From: Candidatus Woesebacteria bacterium
Lineage (GTDB): Bacteria > Patescibacteriota > Microgenomatia > UBA8517
Direction of reading: 5' to 3'
Length of the DNA stretch: 64,000 nucleotides
Assembly (NCBI GenBank): GCA_016700095.1
Contig: CP065002.1
Span: forward strand, 716,175-780,174
Positions 20,197 through 28,396 of this stretch are shown here, piece by piece. The notes below the pieces were generated by a model. It did no database searches. It saw only the letters and a program-made list of their open reading frames with translations, and was not told the origin of the DNA. The translations under genes and the position numbers were made by a program. The stretch's first letter is position 1, and the number at the start of each line of letters is the position of its first letter.

Positions 20197-20979
20197 TCAG
20201 TCTAGATCAAAAAGCTTGTTGGCATTACTTGTGCAAATATGTACTAAATCATCGCTATTTATATTTTTAATTTCGCCAACACATTGGGCGATATATTTCA
20301 GATTGGCTGGTTCATTGGGATACTTTTTTACCGATCTTGTGGGGTACGGCGTAAGGTAAGGAGAATCTGTTTCCAAAACAAGAAGATCAAGAGGGATGTC
20401 TTTCACAAATTCTTTTTTGGTATCATCATAAGTAACATCTCCGTCAACACCGATAAAAATATTGTTAGCAATAGCGTACTCAAGTACATCTTTCTCAGGT
20501 GGACAACAATGAAAAACTGCCCTACCGTTAATTGAATTACTTCCCACACTTTCAATACTTTTTATAATATCATCTGTCGCATGACGATTATGAATAATGA
20601 GTGCTTTGTTTAATTTTGTTGCCAGTTTAATTTGACTGACAAAGAATTCTTTCTGCATAAACTCACCTGCTTGATATCTGAAGTAATCAAGACCAACTTC
20701 ACCTATGGCTACAACTTTAACATTGGAATTAGCAAGGTCAGTCAACTTGTATAACGCATCGGTTATATTAATGTTTTCCAAGTCTTGTGTTGGGTGAATA
20801 CCGATTGCGGCATACACGCCTTTGAAGTTTTCGACAATTTCTACCGCCTTTCTTGAAGACTCTAGATCTAAACCTGGTACCAAGAAACGCTTGACACCAC
20901 TATCTCGTGCATTGTTAATTACCGTTTTCAGATCATGAACAAATTCATCCGAATTTAGATGGCAATGCGTATCAAACAT
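20197..20979 (-). CDS. tatD: TatD-family metal-dependent DNase/hydrolase
   Basis: MFDTHCHLN start. TIM-barrel His/Asp/Glu pattern. 260 aa. Confidence 0.85.
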   Translation of the reverse strand: MFDTHCHLNSDEFVHDLKTVINNARDSGVKRFLVPGLDLESSRKAVEIVENFKGVYAAIGIHPTQDLENINITDALYKLTDLANSNVKVVAIGEVGLDYFRYQAGEFMQKEFFVSQIKLATKLNKALIIHNRHATDDIIKSIESVGSNSINGRAVFHCCPPEKDVLEYAIANNIFIGVDGDVTYDDTKKEFVKDIPLDLLVLETDSPYLTPYPTRSVKKYPNEPANLKYIAQCVGEIKNINSDDLVHICTSNANKLFDLD

Positions 20980-20990
20980 ATCAACAACTA

Positions 20991-21725
20991 CTAATACTCT
21001 ACAACGGTTTTTATTGAAGCTTTATTTTTCAAGTCATCCATCCATTGAACGACTTTCTCTTGTAATTTCTGATCTTTCAGACCTTCGAGTATTTGTTTTT
21101 TGGCTTCTTCTTCGGGAATGTCGGCAAATGATTCGCTGTCTTTGTATTCGTTATAAGTTGTATTTACTTCTTCGTCGGTTACTTCAATTTGATCCTGAAG
21201 CATTGCTCTAACCGTATATTGAATTCTTATTGATTTGGTATATTCCTCGATTGTGAGGTTTGCTTGTTCCAAAGCTGTCTCTAAAGGCATACCCTGAGCT
21301 TCGGATGCTTGTCGTGCTTTTTCCAATTCTTTACTAACTTCATCTTCGTTAGCCTTAACTCCCAACCTTGCCGCTTCTTGATTAATTAATTCCTCCTGAA
21401 TAATTTCGTCAACGACCTGTTGTCCGCCAAGTTTTTCCAGTCTATCTATTACGGTCCACCGATAAATCGGTTTACCGTTTACTGTGGCAACTATTATCAG
21501 TCCCCGTGCCGTATAGACAAGAACTGCCAAAAATACAAGCAAAAAGATAACTGAAAGTTTTTTCGATATTTTTTTTGTTTTTACTTGAGGTATAGTTTCA
21601 AAATTTGACACCGAAGGTGCTACTTTTTTAGTCACACGTTTTGTAACTTTCTTTACTTTAGTAGCCTTTGGAGATACTTGTTTTCGCTTTACCTTTGTTT
21701 TCGTATTGGTTTTTTGTGCGGCCAT
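20991..21725 (-). CDS. Membrane-anchored SurA-N-domain-like chaperone protein
   Basis: Lys-rich N-terminal tail, one TM segment, then a coiled/helical SurA_N-like region (VATVNGKPIYRWTVIDRLE...). No PPIase domain. Confidence 0.45.
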   Translation of the reverse strand: MAAQKTNTKTKVKRKQVSPKATKVKKVTKRVTKKVAPSVSNFETIPQVKTKKISKKLSVIFLLVFLAVLVYTARGLIIVATVNGKPIYRWTVIDRLEKLGGQQVVDEIIQEELINQEAARLGVKANEDEVSKELEKARQASEAQGMPLETALEQANLTIEEYTKSIRIQYTVRAMLQDQIEVTDEEVNTTYNEYKDSESFADIPEEEAKKQILEGLKDQKLQEKVVQWMDDLKNKASIKTVVEY

Positions 21726-21772
21726 GAGTTAGATAGTACAGTAATTATTTAAAGATATCAACGCTAAAATGT

Positions 21773-22408
21773 CTATAGTTTATTTTGCCCTTGAGCTTCG
21801 AATCTAAACTCCACCTCATCCCAATTAACTATCTTCCACCATACTGCTACGTAGTCGTTTCGACGATTTTGATATTTCAAATAGTAAGCATGTTCCCATA
21901 CATCCAATCCCAGTAATGGTACATGCCTATATAGATAAGGGCTATTTTGGAATGAATGTCTTTTTATGTAGAGTTTCCTGTCTTCCCCCATGACAAGAAA
22001 TACCCATCCGCTACCAAATAGACTTAAAGCCTTAGCGGTAAATTCTTCCTTAAATTTATCAAAACTTCCAAAGGTGGACGTAAGTATCTTTTTTACTTCA
22101 CCTTTGGGGTCTACCCCACCAGGACAAAGAGTTTGCCAGAACATTGAATGATTCGCATGACCACCGGCGTTATTGATAACTGTTTGCCGAATATTATCAG
22201 GTACTTTTTCAACCTGCATCAGAAGTTCCTCAACCGTCAATTTTTCCAAATTAGTTACTCCCTCAAGTGCTTTATTCAAATTACTTACGTAACTTGCATG
22301 ATGCTTGGTGTAGTGTATTTCCATCGTCAGCGCGTCAATATACGGCTCAAGTGCGGCGTATGAATATCTTAGTTGTGGTAGTTCAAATATCATGTATAAA
22401 AAAAGCAA
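21773..22408 (-). CDS. sodA: Fe/Mn superoxide dismutase
   Basis: HYTKHHASYV and DVWEHAYYLKYQNRR metal-ligand motifs. Confidence 0.9.
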   Translation of the reverse strand: MLFLYMIFELPQLRYSYAALEPYIDALTMEIHYTKHHASYVSNLNKALEGVTNLEKLTVEELLMQVEKVPDNIRQTVINNAGGHANHSMFWQTLCPGGVDPKGEVKKILTSTFGSFDKFKEEFTAKALSLFGSGWVFLVMGEDRKLYIKRHSFQNSPYLYRHVPLLGLDVWEHAYYLKYQNRRNDYVAVWWKIVNWDEVEFRFEAQGQNKL

Positions 22409-22487
22409 ACTAATTATTTTATCTCGACATCCGACAAATAATCTCTATTAAGCTAATTATTTAAAGGCATTTTAAGACCTCGAAAAT

Positions 22488-22751
22488 TTACTTTTGTCCA
22501 AATATTCCCGGAATAATTCTTATTAAAACAATATAGAGAATTATCATTAGAACCAACGCTCCACCTGTTGGAATATACATCACGCGACCTTCCCTCCTTC
22601 TGTAAATATCGCCGGGGACAATCATCGGTTGTTTTGTGCGTTGAGAAAGATAATACATCGCACCAACCGACAACACATACAGAAGTCCCATTATTTGAAG
22701 TGTTTTTAAAAATCCGGCCATATCAACTAAGCTTAAAGGATAAACATTCAT
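22488..22751 (-). CDS. DUF2905-family small membrane protein
   Basis: 87 aa with two TM segments and the conserved PGDIYRRREGRVMYIPTGGAL core. Confidence 0.5.
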   Translation of the reverse strand: MNVYPLSLVDMAGFLKTLQIMGLLYVLSVGAMYYLSQRTKQPMIVPGDIYRRREGRVMYIPTGGALVLMIILYIVLIRIIPGIFGQK

Positions 22752-22914
22752 TTGTAAAATGATATTTTTTAATTAATTAGCTTAATATTTACTTCTACCA
22801 CGAGTTAGCCACAAACCACTGTCTGTGATCGTGAGATGTAGCGCTATAAATATATATTTTTATTTTAGTTCTTGAAATCTCGGCTAAAATAGCAGTTGAA
22901 ATGTATTTTTTGTT

Positions 22915-23238
22915 GTGCCAGTATTAGTTATGGATAATCAAACCATGCCCCCAAGTGATCCGCCTATGGTAACTAGTCCATTTGTCCAACCTGTAACGTC
23001 TGGTGCCACACAAGCTACGGTTACTCCTTCGGTCTTAAATCCCCCCATCCCACAACCGTCGATTCCACAAGCACCCCAAGGTGAAGTCGCAACTTCCGAA
23101 CATCCAAGTGTTGCCATGACCACTCAAGCCAAAAAACAAACCTCAAAATTCACTATATTTATCGTGTTTCTCATCATCGTTGTCTTACTAATTTGGGTAG
23201 GTGTCGGATATTTGTATTTTTTCCCTAGTGCCAAGTAA
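22915..23238 (+). CDS. Proline-rich membrane-anchored hypothetical protein
   Basis: Pro/Thr/Gln-rich N-terminus, then a single C-terminal TM segment (FTIFIVFLIIVVLLIWVGVGYLYFF). First plus-strand gene of the accessory island. Confidence 0.35.
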   Translation: MPVLVMDNQTMPPSDPPMVTSPFVQPVTSGATQATVTPSVLNPPIPQPSIPQAPQGEVATSEHPSVAMTTQAKKQTSKFTIFIVFLIIVVLLIWVGVGYLYFFPSAK

Positions 23239-23519
23239 GCTTCAAGTATTTTCCACATGTCATAATTTAATTACTATAAACATCCTCTTTTATACCTTAG
23301 ATATCTATAGTTATCGGCATAATTTAAGTAGTTTATTAGAAATAGCCTTAACAAGACCATACTATAGTTGTATTTACTTTGATTTGCTTTGTGTACTTAT
23401 TGACATGTAACTACTATATAGATGCAGTTGACGCTTTTCTTATAGTATTGTTAGTATGAAAATACTTTTCATTCTCGATTTGTTTTTATCAATAAATAAT
23501 CAGAGTAACTATACGTTTT

Positions 23520-24680
23520 ATGAAGAAAATTGTTACAAGTATTTTTGTAATTGCAGTAACATTAATTTTGACTGTTAATTTAACCTCCGCATTCTTCTCC
23601 GACACTGAAACTTCCACCAACAATAAATTTGTCTCGGGCGCAATCGACCTGCTTATCAATGGTACGAACGATACGGTGGGGATCGTAAATATTGCCGATC
23701 TCAAACCGGGTGACAATATTGACGTAAACAAAGACTTGTTTATTAATTCAAATCCCGCGTATGTCTGGATGCACATTTTTGATGTAACTTCACAACAAGG
23801 CGAGCAAACCGAACCCGAGGATTTGGAAGAGTCGCAAAACGGTATTAAAAGCGATATTCAAAATTATCTTACATACGATTTATCTATCGATCGAAACGGC
23901 GACGAAATTGTCGACGAAGTAATCGTAGACCCAACTCACAACAACCTTCTTCCCGATATGGTTTCATGTTGGATTCCACTCGGAGAACTCCCGGGACTTA
24001 CTAATGTAAATCTTACCCAGAGCTTCCATTTTGATTCCACAGTCACCAATTGGGCACAGGGAGACATCCTTAATTTCTCTGAGGAGTTTTACGCAGTTCA
24101 AGTCCGCAATAACCCTAATGCATCACCTCCTGATAACGGTACAGGCAGAGTATGGGATCCCAATCTTAGAAAGTGCGTTGATTGCACACCAGGAGTTACT
24201 TATGCATCGAGTGTCATTTCCTCGATTCAAGGCAAACGCAATAATGGATCAGATGTTTTGGTAAATAGAAGTGTCACAGAAAACGTATTGGGCATTCCAG
24301 ACAGTAACGACTTAAATAATCCCAAATGGTATTCACTTGGATTTGGTGGACAAATAATTGTTAAATTCAATTTCCCTGTCAGTGATGGAAATGGAGTTGA
24401 CCTTTCATTCCATGAAATTACTGGTGGCAGAGATTCTTATCCTTTGGAAAAAGCCAACGTTTACGTAAGTAACGACAATGTTACTTACGAATTTGCAGGG
24501 ACAATAACAAGTGAACCCGGCGGCGACGGTATTTATTACTTGGATATTTCATCAACAAGTTTTTCCTCGATTCAATACGTTAAAGTGGTTGACTCAACTG
24601 ATCCATTGTTACACATATCGACCGCCGATGGTTACGACCTGGATGCGATCGACGCCGTATATGGAACCTGTACTAACTAG
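23520..24680 (+). CDS. TasA/camelysin-family (peptidase M73-like) secreted protein with SipW-cognate signal peptide, paralog 1
   Basis: N-terminus MKKIVTSIFVIAVTLILTVNLTSAFFSDTETSTNNKFVSGAIDLLINGTN...ADLKPGDNIDV. It parallels B. subtilis TasA (AFNDIKSKDATFASGTLDL...NLKPGDKL). Confidence 0.7.
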   Translation: MKKIVTSIFVIAVTLILTVNLTSAFFSDTETSTNNKFVSGAIDLLINGTNDTVGIVNIADLKPGDNIDVNKDLFINSNPAYVWMHIFDVTSQQGEQTEPEDLEESQNGIKSDIQNYLTYDLSIDRNGDEIVDEVIVDPTHNNLLPDMVSCWIPLGELPGLTNVNLTQSFHFDSTVTNWAQGDILNFSEEFYAVQVRNNPNASPPDNGTGRVWDPNLRKCVDCTPGVTYASSVISSIQGKRNNGSDVLVNRSVTENVLGIPDSNDLNNPKWYSLGFGGQIIVKFNFPVSDGNGVDLSFHEITGGRDSYPLEKANVYVSNDNVTYEFAGTITSEPGGDGIYYLDISSTSFSSIQYVKVVDSTDPLLHISTADGYDLDAIDAVYGTCTN

Positions 24681-24758
24681 TTTACCTTTACTAAAAAGTT
24701 AACCTACCGTTGACTTTTTGCCTAAGGGCAAACTGCCCGAGAAAGGAGGTGATAATTT

Positions 24759-26390
24759 ATGAAGAAAATTTTAACTAGTTTATTTACGGTTGGAGTGATT
24801 GCTACACTTGCAGTGGTCGCAACCCAAGCATTCTTTAGTGATTCTGAAACTTCAACAGGAAATAAATTCGTGGCAGGTGATATTGATTTAAAGATTGATA
24901 ACTCAAGCTTTGTGATTGATTATCTAACCGATGATCCAGCGCCTTCCGGAAAAGTTGTAGCAAGTACTGCAACAAGCTGGGATTTAAGAGATTTAACAGT
25001 CGAAAAGTTTTTTGACTTTTCCGATCTTAAACCCGGTGACTTCGGAGAGGATACGATTTCAGTTCACGTAGGAAGTAATGACGCATATATGTGTGCAGCG
25101 GCAAGAATTACAGCCGATGATGATGTGACTTGTACCGACCCAGAAAAAGCCGATGACGCTAATTGTGCCGAACCTGGCTTAGGACAAGGAGAACTTGATC
25201 AGGAAGTAAAATTTGCTTTCTGGATAGATGATGGTGATAACGTTTTAGAAAGTGATGAACACGTATTTCTTGATGGTCCTGTAAGCAGTTTGAGCGGTGC
25301 AGGAAAGATATCACTTGCTGATTCAGCAGGATCCGTTTTAGGTGGTGGTCCAGTTCCAGGTGATACAACTTTCCACATCGGAAAATATTGGTGCTTTGGT
25401 GATATGTTACAAACTCCTATCGCACAGGGGAACAATCAAAGTCCTGCAGAAAGAAACGCTACGGGTTTTTCGTGTAGCGGAGTAAGTGTCGACAACGCAT
25501 CTCAAACTGATATGCTCGTTGCTGATCTTGAATTCTATGCAGTTCAATCTAGAAACAACGCAGGATTCTTGTGTTCTAGCTGGACACCAAGTTTTCCAGT
25601 TCAATTACCAAAAGTCGGAGCTAATCTCGACACCTACTCAGTACCAAACTGTACAACAACCGTAAGTGCTAACATCCAAGGTGCGGTTAATGACGCAAGT
25701 TCAGGAGCGACTATTTGTGTTAACAATGGAATTTATAACGAAACTGTTACCATAAACAAACCCCTCACACTAGCATCTGTTAACGGTCCAACAAATACAG
25801 CGACTATTCAAGGTGGAGTAAAAATTGAATCAGACAATGTAAAAGTAACTGGATTTATTGTAAATCCTGGATCAATTTTAGGTAGCAATGCTGCATTTTA
25901 CTTAAATGGAAGTTTAAGTAATGTTGAAATATCGTTTAATGACATAGATGGTAACAACGAAGCAAGTTCAAGAGGTGTTGAAACAACACTTCCTGGTACC
26001 TCAACATATTCTAACGTTGTAATTACCAACAACTTAATACACGAGTTGACAACAGGTATCTATACCAATACACACGTAGGGACGTTGGAGGTCAAATACA
26101 ACGACATCTACGACAACAGTGCTGGTATTGGCGGTTACACTGGAGCACATGTTGCTTATAATCACTTCACAAGTTCTGGTGAAGCAATTGGGGCTGACAG
26201 TAGTTATAACGGTTCAGTAGTCGAGTTTAATAACTTTATGACTGGAACAAAAGTAATGACATACGGCTCAGTAACACCTGACATATCTGCACCAAATAAC
26301 TATTGGGCAGATGGTTCAGCAATACATATTGGCGGAACAAACGACGTAGATCCAAATCCAGTATCTGGATCTCAGTATCCGCATAATTAA
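24759..26390 (+). CDS. TasA/camelysin-like N-domain fused to Cys-rich region and parallel beta-helix (PbH1) repeats, SipW-cognate signal peptide, paralog 2
   Basis: MKKILTSLFTVGVIATLAVVATQAFFSDSETSTGNKFVAGDIDLKI...FSDLKPGDFGED. C-terminal approximately 250 aa carry repeated NG..N.T.TI.....V beta-helix turns (GIYNETVTINKPLTLASVNGPTNTATIQGGVKIESDNVKVTGFIVN...). RBS AAAGGAGGTGA precedes the ATG. Confidence 0.7.
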   Translation: MKKILTSLFTVGVIATLAVVATQAFFSDSETSTGNKFVAGDIDLKIDNSSFVIDYLTDDPAPSGKVVASTATSWDLRDLTVEKFFDFSDLKPGDFGEDTISVHVGSNDAYMCAAARITADDDVTCTDPEKADDANCAEPGLGQGELDQEVKFAFWIDDGDNVLESDEHVFLDGPVSSLSGAGKISLADSAGSVLGGGPVPGDTTFHIGKYWCFGDMLQTPIAQGNNQSPAERNATGFSCSGVSVDNASQTDMLVADLEFYAVQSRNNAGFLCSSWTPSFPVQLPKVGANLDTYSVPNCTTTVSANIQGAVNDASSGATICVNNGIYNETVTINKPLTLASVNGPTNTATIQGGVKIESDNVKVTGFIVNPGSILGSNAAFYLNGSLSNVEISFNDIDGNNEASSRGVETTLPGTSTYSNVVITNNLIHELTTGIYTNTHVGTLEVKYNDIYDNSAGIGGYTGAHVAYNHFTSSGEAIGADSSYNGSVVEFNNFMTGTKVMTYGSVTPDISAPNNYWADGSAIHIGGTNDVDPNPVSGSQYPHN

Positions 26391-26406
26391 ATTTTCTCTT
26401 ATTAAT

Positions 26407-26495
26407 CTGCAGGTGGATGAAATATCTACCTGCAGGATTAAGGGAATCTTATTTAGCAAGTTATATTTAGTGCGGAGTGGGAAAACCCACTCCGC
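26407..26495 (+). terminator. Two consecutive GC-rich hairpins between the beta-helix TasA-like gene and sipW
   Basis: Hairpin 1: CTGCAGGTGGAT (26407-26418) / ATCTACCTGCAG (26424-35), 12-bp stem with 1 mismatch, loop GAAAT. Hairpin 2: GCGGAGTGGG (26472-81) / CCCACTCCGC (26486-95), perfect 10-bp stem, loop AAAA. Neither has a strong U-tract. Confidence 0.3.
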
Positions 26496-26533
26496 CAAAG
26501 ACGGTTTTAATATTAACAACTTCCGCTGGTTAA

Positions 26534-27370
26534 ATGTATAAAAACTATATTAAAAAACTCCTTCAGGTAATCCTCTTTATATCAGGGGTTTTGGTCTTTT
26601 TGACTGGGCTGTATATCGATCGGGTTTTCACCTTTGAGATTCTTGACGGACTAAGTACGAAAAATGTTCCCGTCAATTTAAATAAGATAAAAAGTACTAC
26701 TCCCCTACTTTTTACTGTTTATTCGGGCTCTATGGAGCCGGCTATAAAAACAGCAAGTGTAATTGTCTCTAAACCACAATCTAATTACGTACAAGGCGAC
26801 ATAGTTACCTTTACACCTACAAGTAGTATGGGAAACGTCGTAACGCACAGGATTGTTGCCAAGGAAAATGTTAATAGTCCTGTCTACAAAACGGCAGGCG
26901 ATGCCAACCAAACAATTGACCCCTGGACTATCGATAACTCCCAAATAAAGGGGAAAGTCGTTTTAACAGTACCCTTGGCCGGATACGTCACGAATTTTGC
27001 CAAAACGCCAAGCGGATTTATTCTTCTTATTATCGTTCCTGCGACAATTGTGATTTACGAAGAAATCAAATCACTCCTTGTTGCTTTCGTAAACGAATTT
27101 AAGAAAAGATTTTTTAAATCCAAAAAGCTAAATCCTATATATATGTCAAATTTCACGATCAAGAAAAGCTCGTCCATACTTTTGCCTTTTGTCTTTTTAA
27201 CAGTACTGCTTACTTCAGCTGTTGCGACGTATTCCGTACTTTCTGATCGCGAAGTAAATGTCGGTAACACTTTTAGTGTTAACACCCAAGGACAACTTGA
27301 AGATTCCCTAGAAGCATTGCCTACTTCTACATTTGCAACCGAAAATTCGTTAGGTGAAAACTTAGACTAA
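26534..27370 (+). CDS. sipW: SipW/Sec11-type signal peptidase I (S26B) with extended C-terminal region
   Basis: N-terminal TM, catalytic-Ser box FTVYSGSMEP, GDIVTF, VTHRIV (catalytic His), TAGDANQTID, IKGKVVLTVPLAGY. After a C-proximal TM helix the protein continues about 90 aa with a second hydrophobic segment. Confidence 0.8.
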   Translation: MYKNYIKKLLQVILFISGVLVFLTGLYIDRVFTFEILDGLSTKNVPVNLNKIKSTTPLLFTVYSGSMEPAIKTASVIVSKPQSNYVQGDIVTFTPTSSMGNVVTHRIVAKENVNSPVYKTAGDANQTIDPWTIDNSQIKGKVVLTVPLAGYVTNFAKTPSGFILLIIVPATIVIYEEIKSLLVAFVNEFKKRFFKSKKLNPIYMSNFTIKKSSSILLPFVFLTVLLTSAVATYSVLSDREVNVGNTFSVNTQGQLEDSLEALPTSTFATENSLGENLD

Positions 27371-27371
27371 C

Positions 27372-28370
27372 ATGATAGGAACAAATATAAAAATATTACT
27401 ACTCTCTGCCGTTTTAGCTGCGTGTAGTTACCCTGTTATCAAAATTCAACAATCAGTAAGTGCTTCACACCACAACTCAGGATCGGGTATTGTTGTCGAT
27501 TTTGGAGTGGCACACGGCGAACCCGTATTTAATATGGATGACTTTAAACCAGGCGACTGCGTCGAACGAAGAATTAATGTTAACAACGTATCAGGCAAAA
27601 CGAAAAAGATTTTTATCAAAACAAAAAATATCGTTGATGACGCTTCCCTTTCTTCAGTGCTGTCTATCGTAATACAAAGTAACAATAATTTTCTTTTTGG
27701 TTATCCAAACCCCAAAACATTAACGGACTTTTATCACCAGTCTACCCCTGATGGTATTTATCTCCTTAATCTAACTAAAAACACTAAAGCAGATTTCGAT
27801 ATAAAAATATGTTTCGATGAAGATGCCGGAAATACATACCAATTAACCCAAACTCAGTTTGATCTAACCTTTTTTGCACAAGACAAAGATACACCCGATC
27901 CCGAAATCGACTTACCACATGAGTGTCAACATCTGGCGGGAATAATTACAAAAGTTATGCACGGTACTCCCAACAATGACACAATTAACGGAACATCCGC
28001 CAACGAACTAATTTATTCATACGATGGAAATGACAAAATTTATCCCGGCAGCGGTTCCGATTGCGTTGTAACCGGAAATGGCAACAATGTGATTATGGAT
28101 GTTTCGGGAAACGATGTTTTTGTAACCGGAAATGGAAATGACAGTGTTAAAGCAGGAAGCGGAAATGACACGATTTATTCGGGTGGAGGAAACGACATTC
28201 TTGAAGGAGAAAGCGGAAATGATATTGTCTACGGCCAAGAAGGAGATGACTTAATGAAAGGCGGTTCGGGAAACGACAAACTAACAGGAGATGACGGTAA
28301 CGACACGGCTTTTGGAGATTCCGGCTTTGACACTTGTAGCGCAGAAAACAAAAACTCATGTGAAATTTAG
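27372..28370 (+). CDS. Lipoprotein with TasA/camelysin-like N-domain and C-terminal RTX-type calcium-binding (GGxGxD) repeats
   Basis: Signal plus lipobox (LLLSAVLAACSY). MDDFKPGDCVERRINVNNVSG parallels the LKPGD segment of the two upstream paralogs. C-terminus has at least 8 tandem nonapeptide-like repeats (GNGNDSVKAGSGNDTIYSGGGNDILEGESGNDIVYGQEGDDLMKGGSGNDKLTGDDGND). Confidence 0.6.
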   Translation: MIGTNIKILLLSAVLAACSYPVIKIQQSVSASHHNSGSGIVVDFGVAHGEPVFNMDDFKPGDCVERRINVNNVSGKTKKIFIKTKNIVDDASLSSVLSIVIQSNNNFLFGYPNPKTLTDFYHQSTPDGIYLLNLTKNTKADFDIKICFDEDAGNTYQLTQTQFDLTFFAQDKDTPDPEIDLPHECQHLAGIITKVMHGTPNNDTINGTSANELIYSYDGNDKIYPGSGSDCVVTGNGNNVIMDVSGNDVFVTGNGNDSVKAGSGNDTIYSGGGNDILEGESGNDIVYGQEGDDLMKGGSGNDKLTGDDGNDTAFGDSGFDTCSAENKNSCEI

Positions 28371-28396
28371 GCGTATTTATTGTACAATCAGCCTAA

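Noticed and set aside
22752-22914. Strand-switch point (minus-strand run ends, plus-strand island begins) considered as a possible replication origin.
   Set aside because: No dnaA/dnaN nearby, no TTATCCACA-type DnaA boxes seen, and orientation switches again at about 30.3 kb. More likely an island boundary.
27990-28330. Highly regular short nucleotide repeats (ggaaatg/ggaaacga...) that could look like a repeat array.
   Set aside because: They are in-frame coding repeats specifying the RTX GGxGxD nonapeptides, not a CRISPR or intergenic repeat. Units are about 27 nt with no spacer structure.
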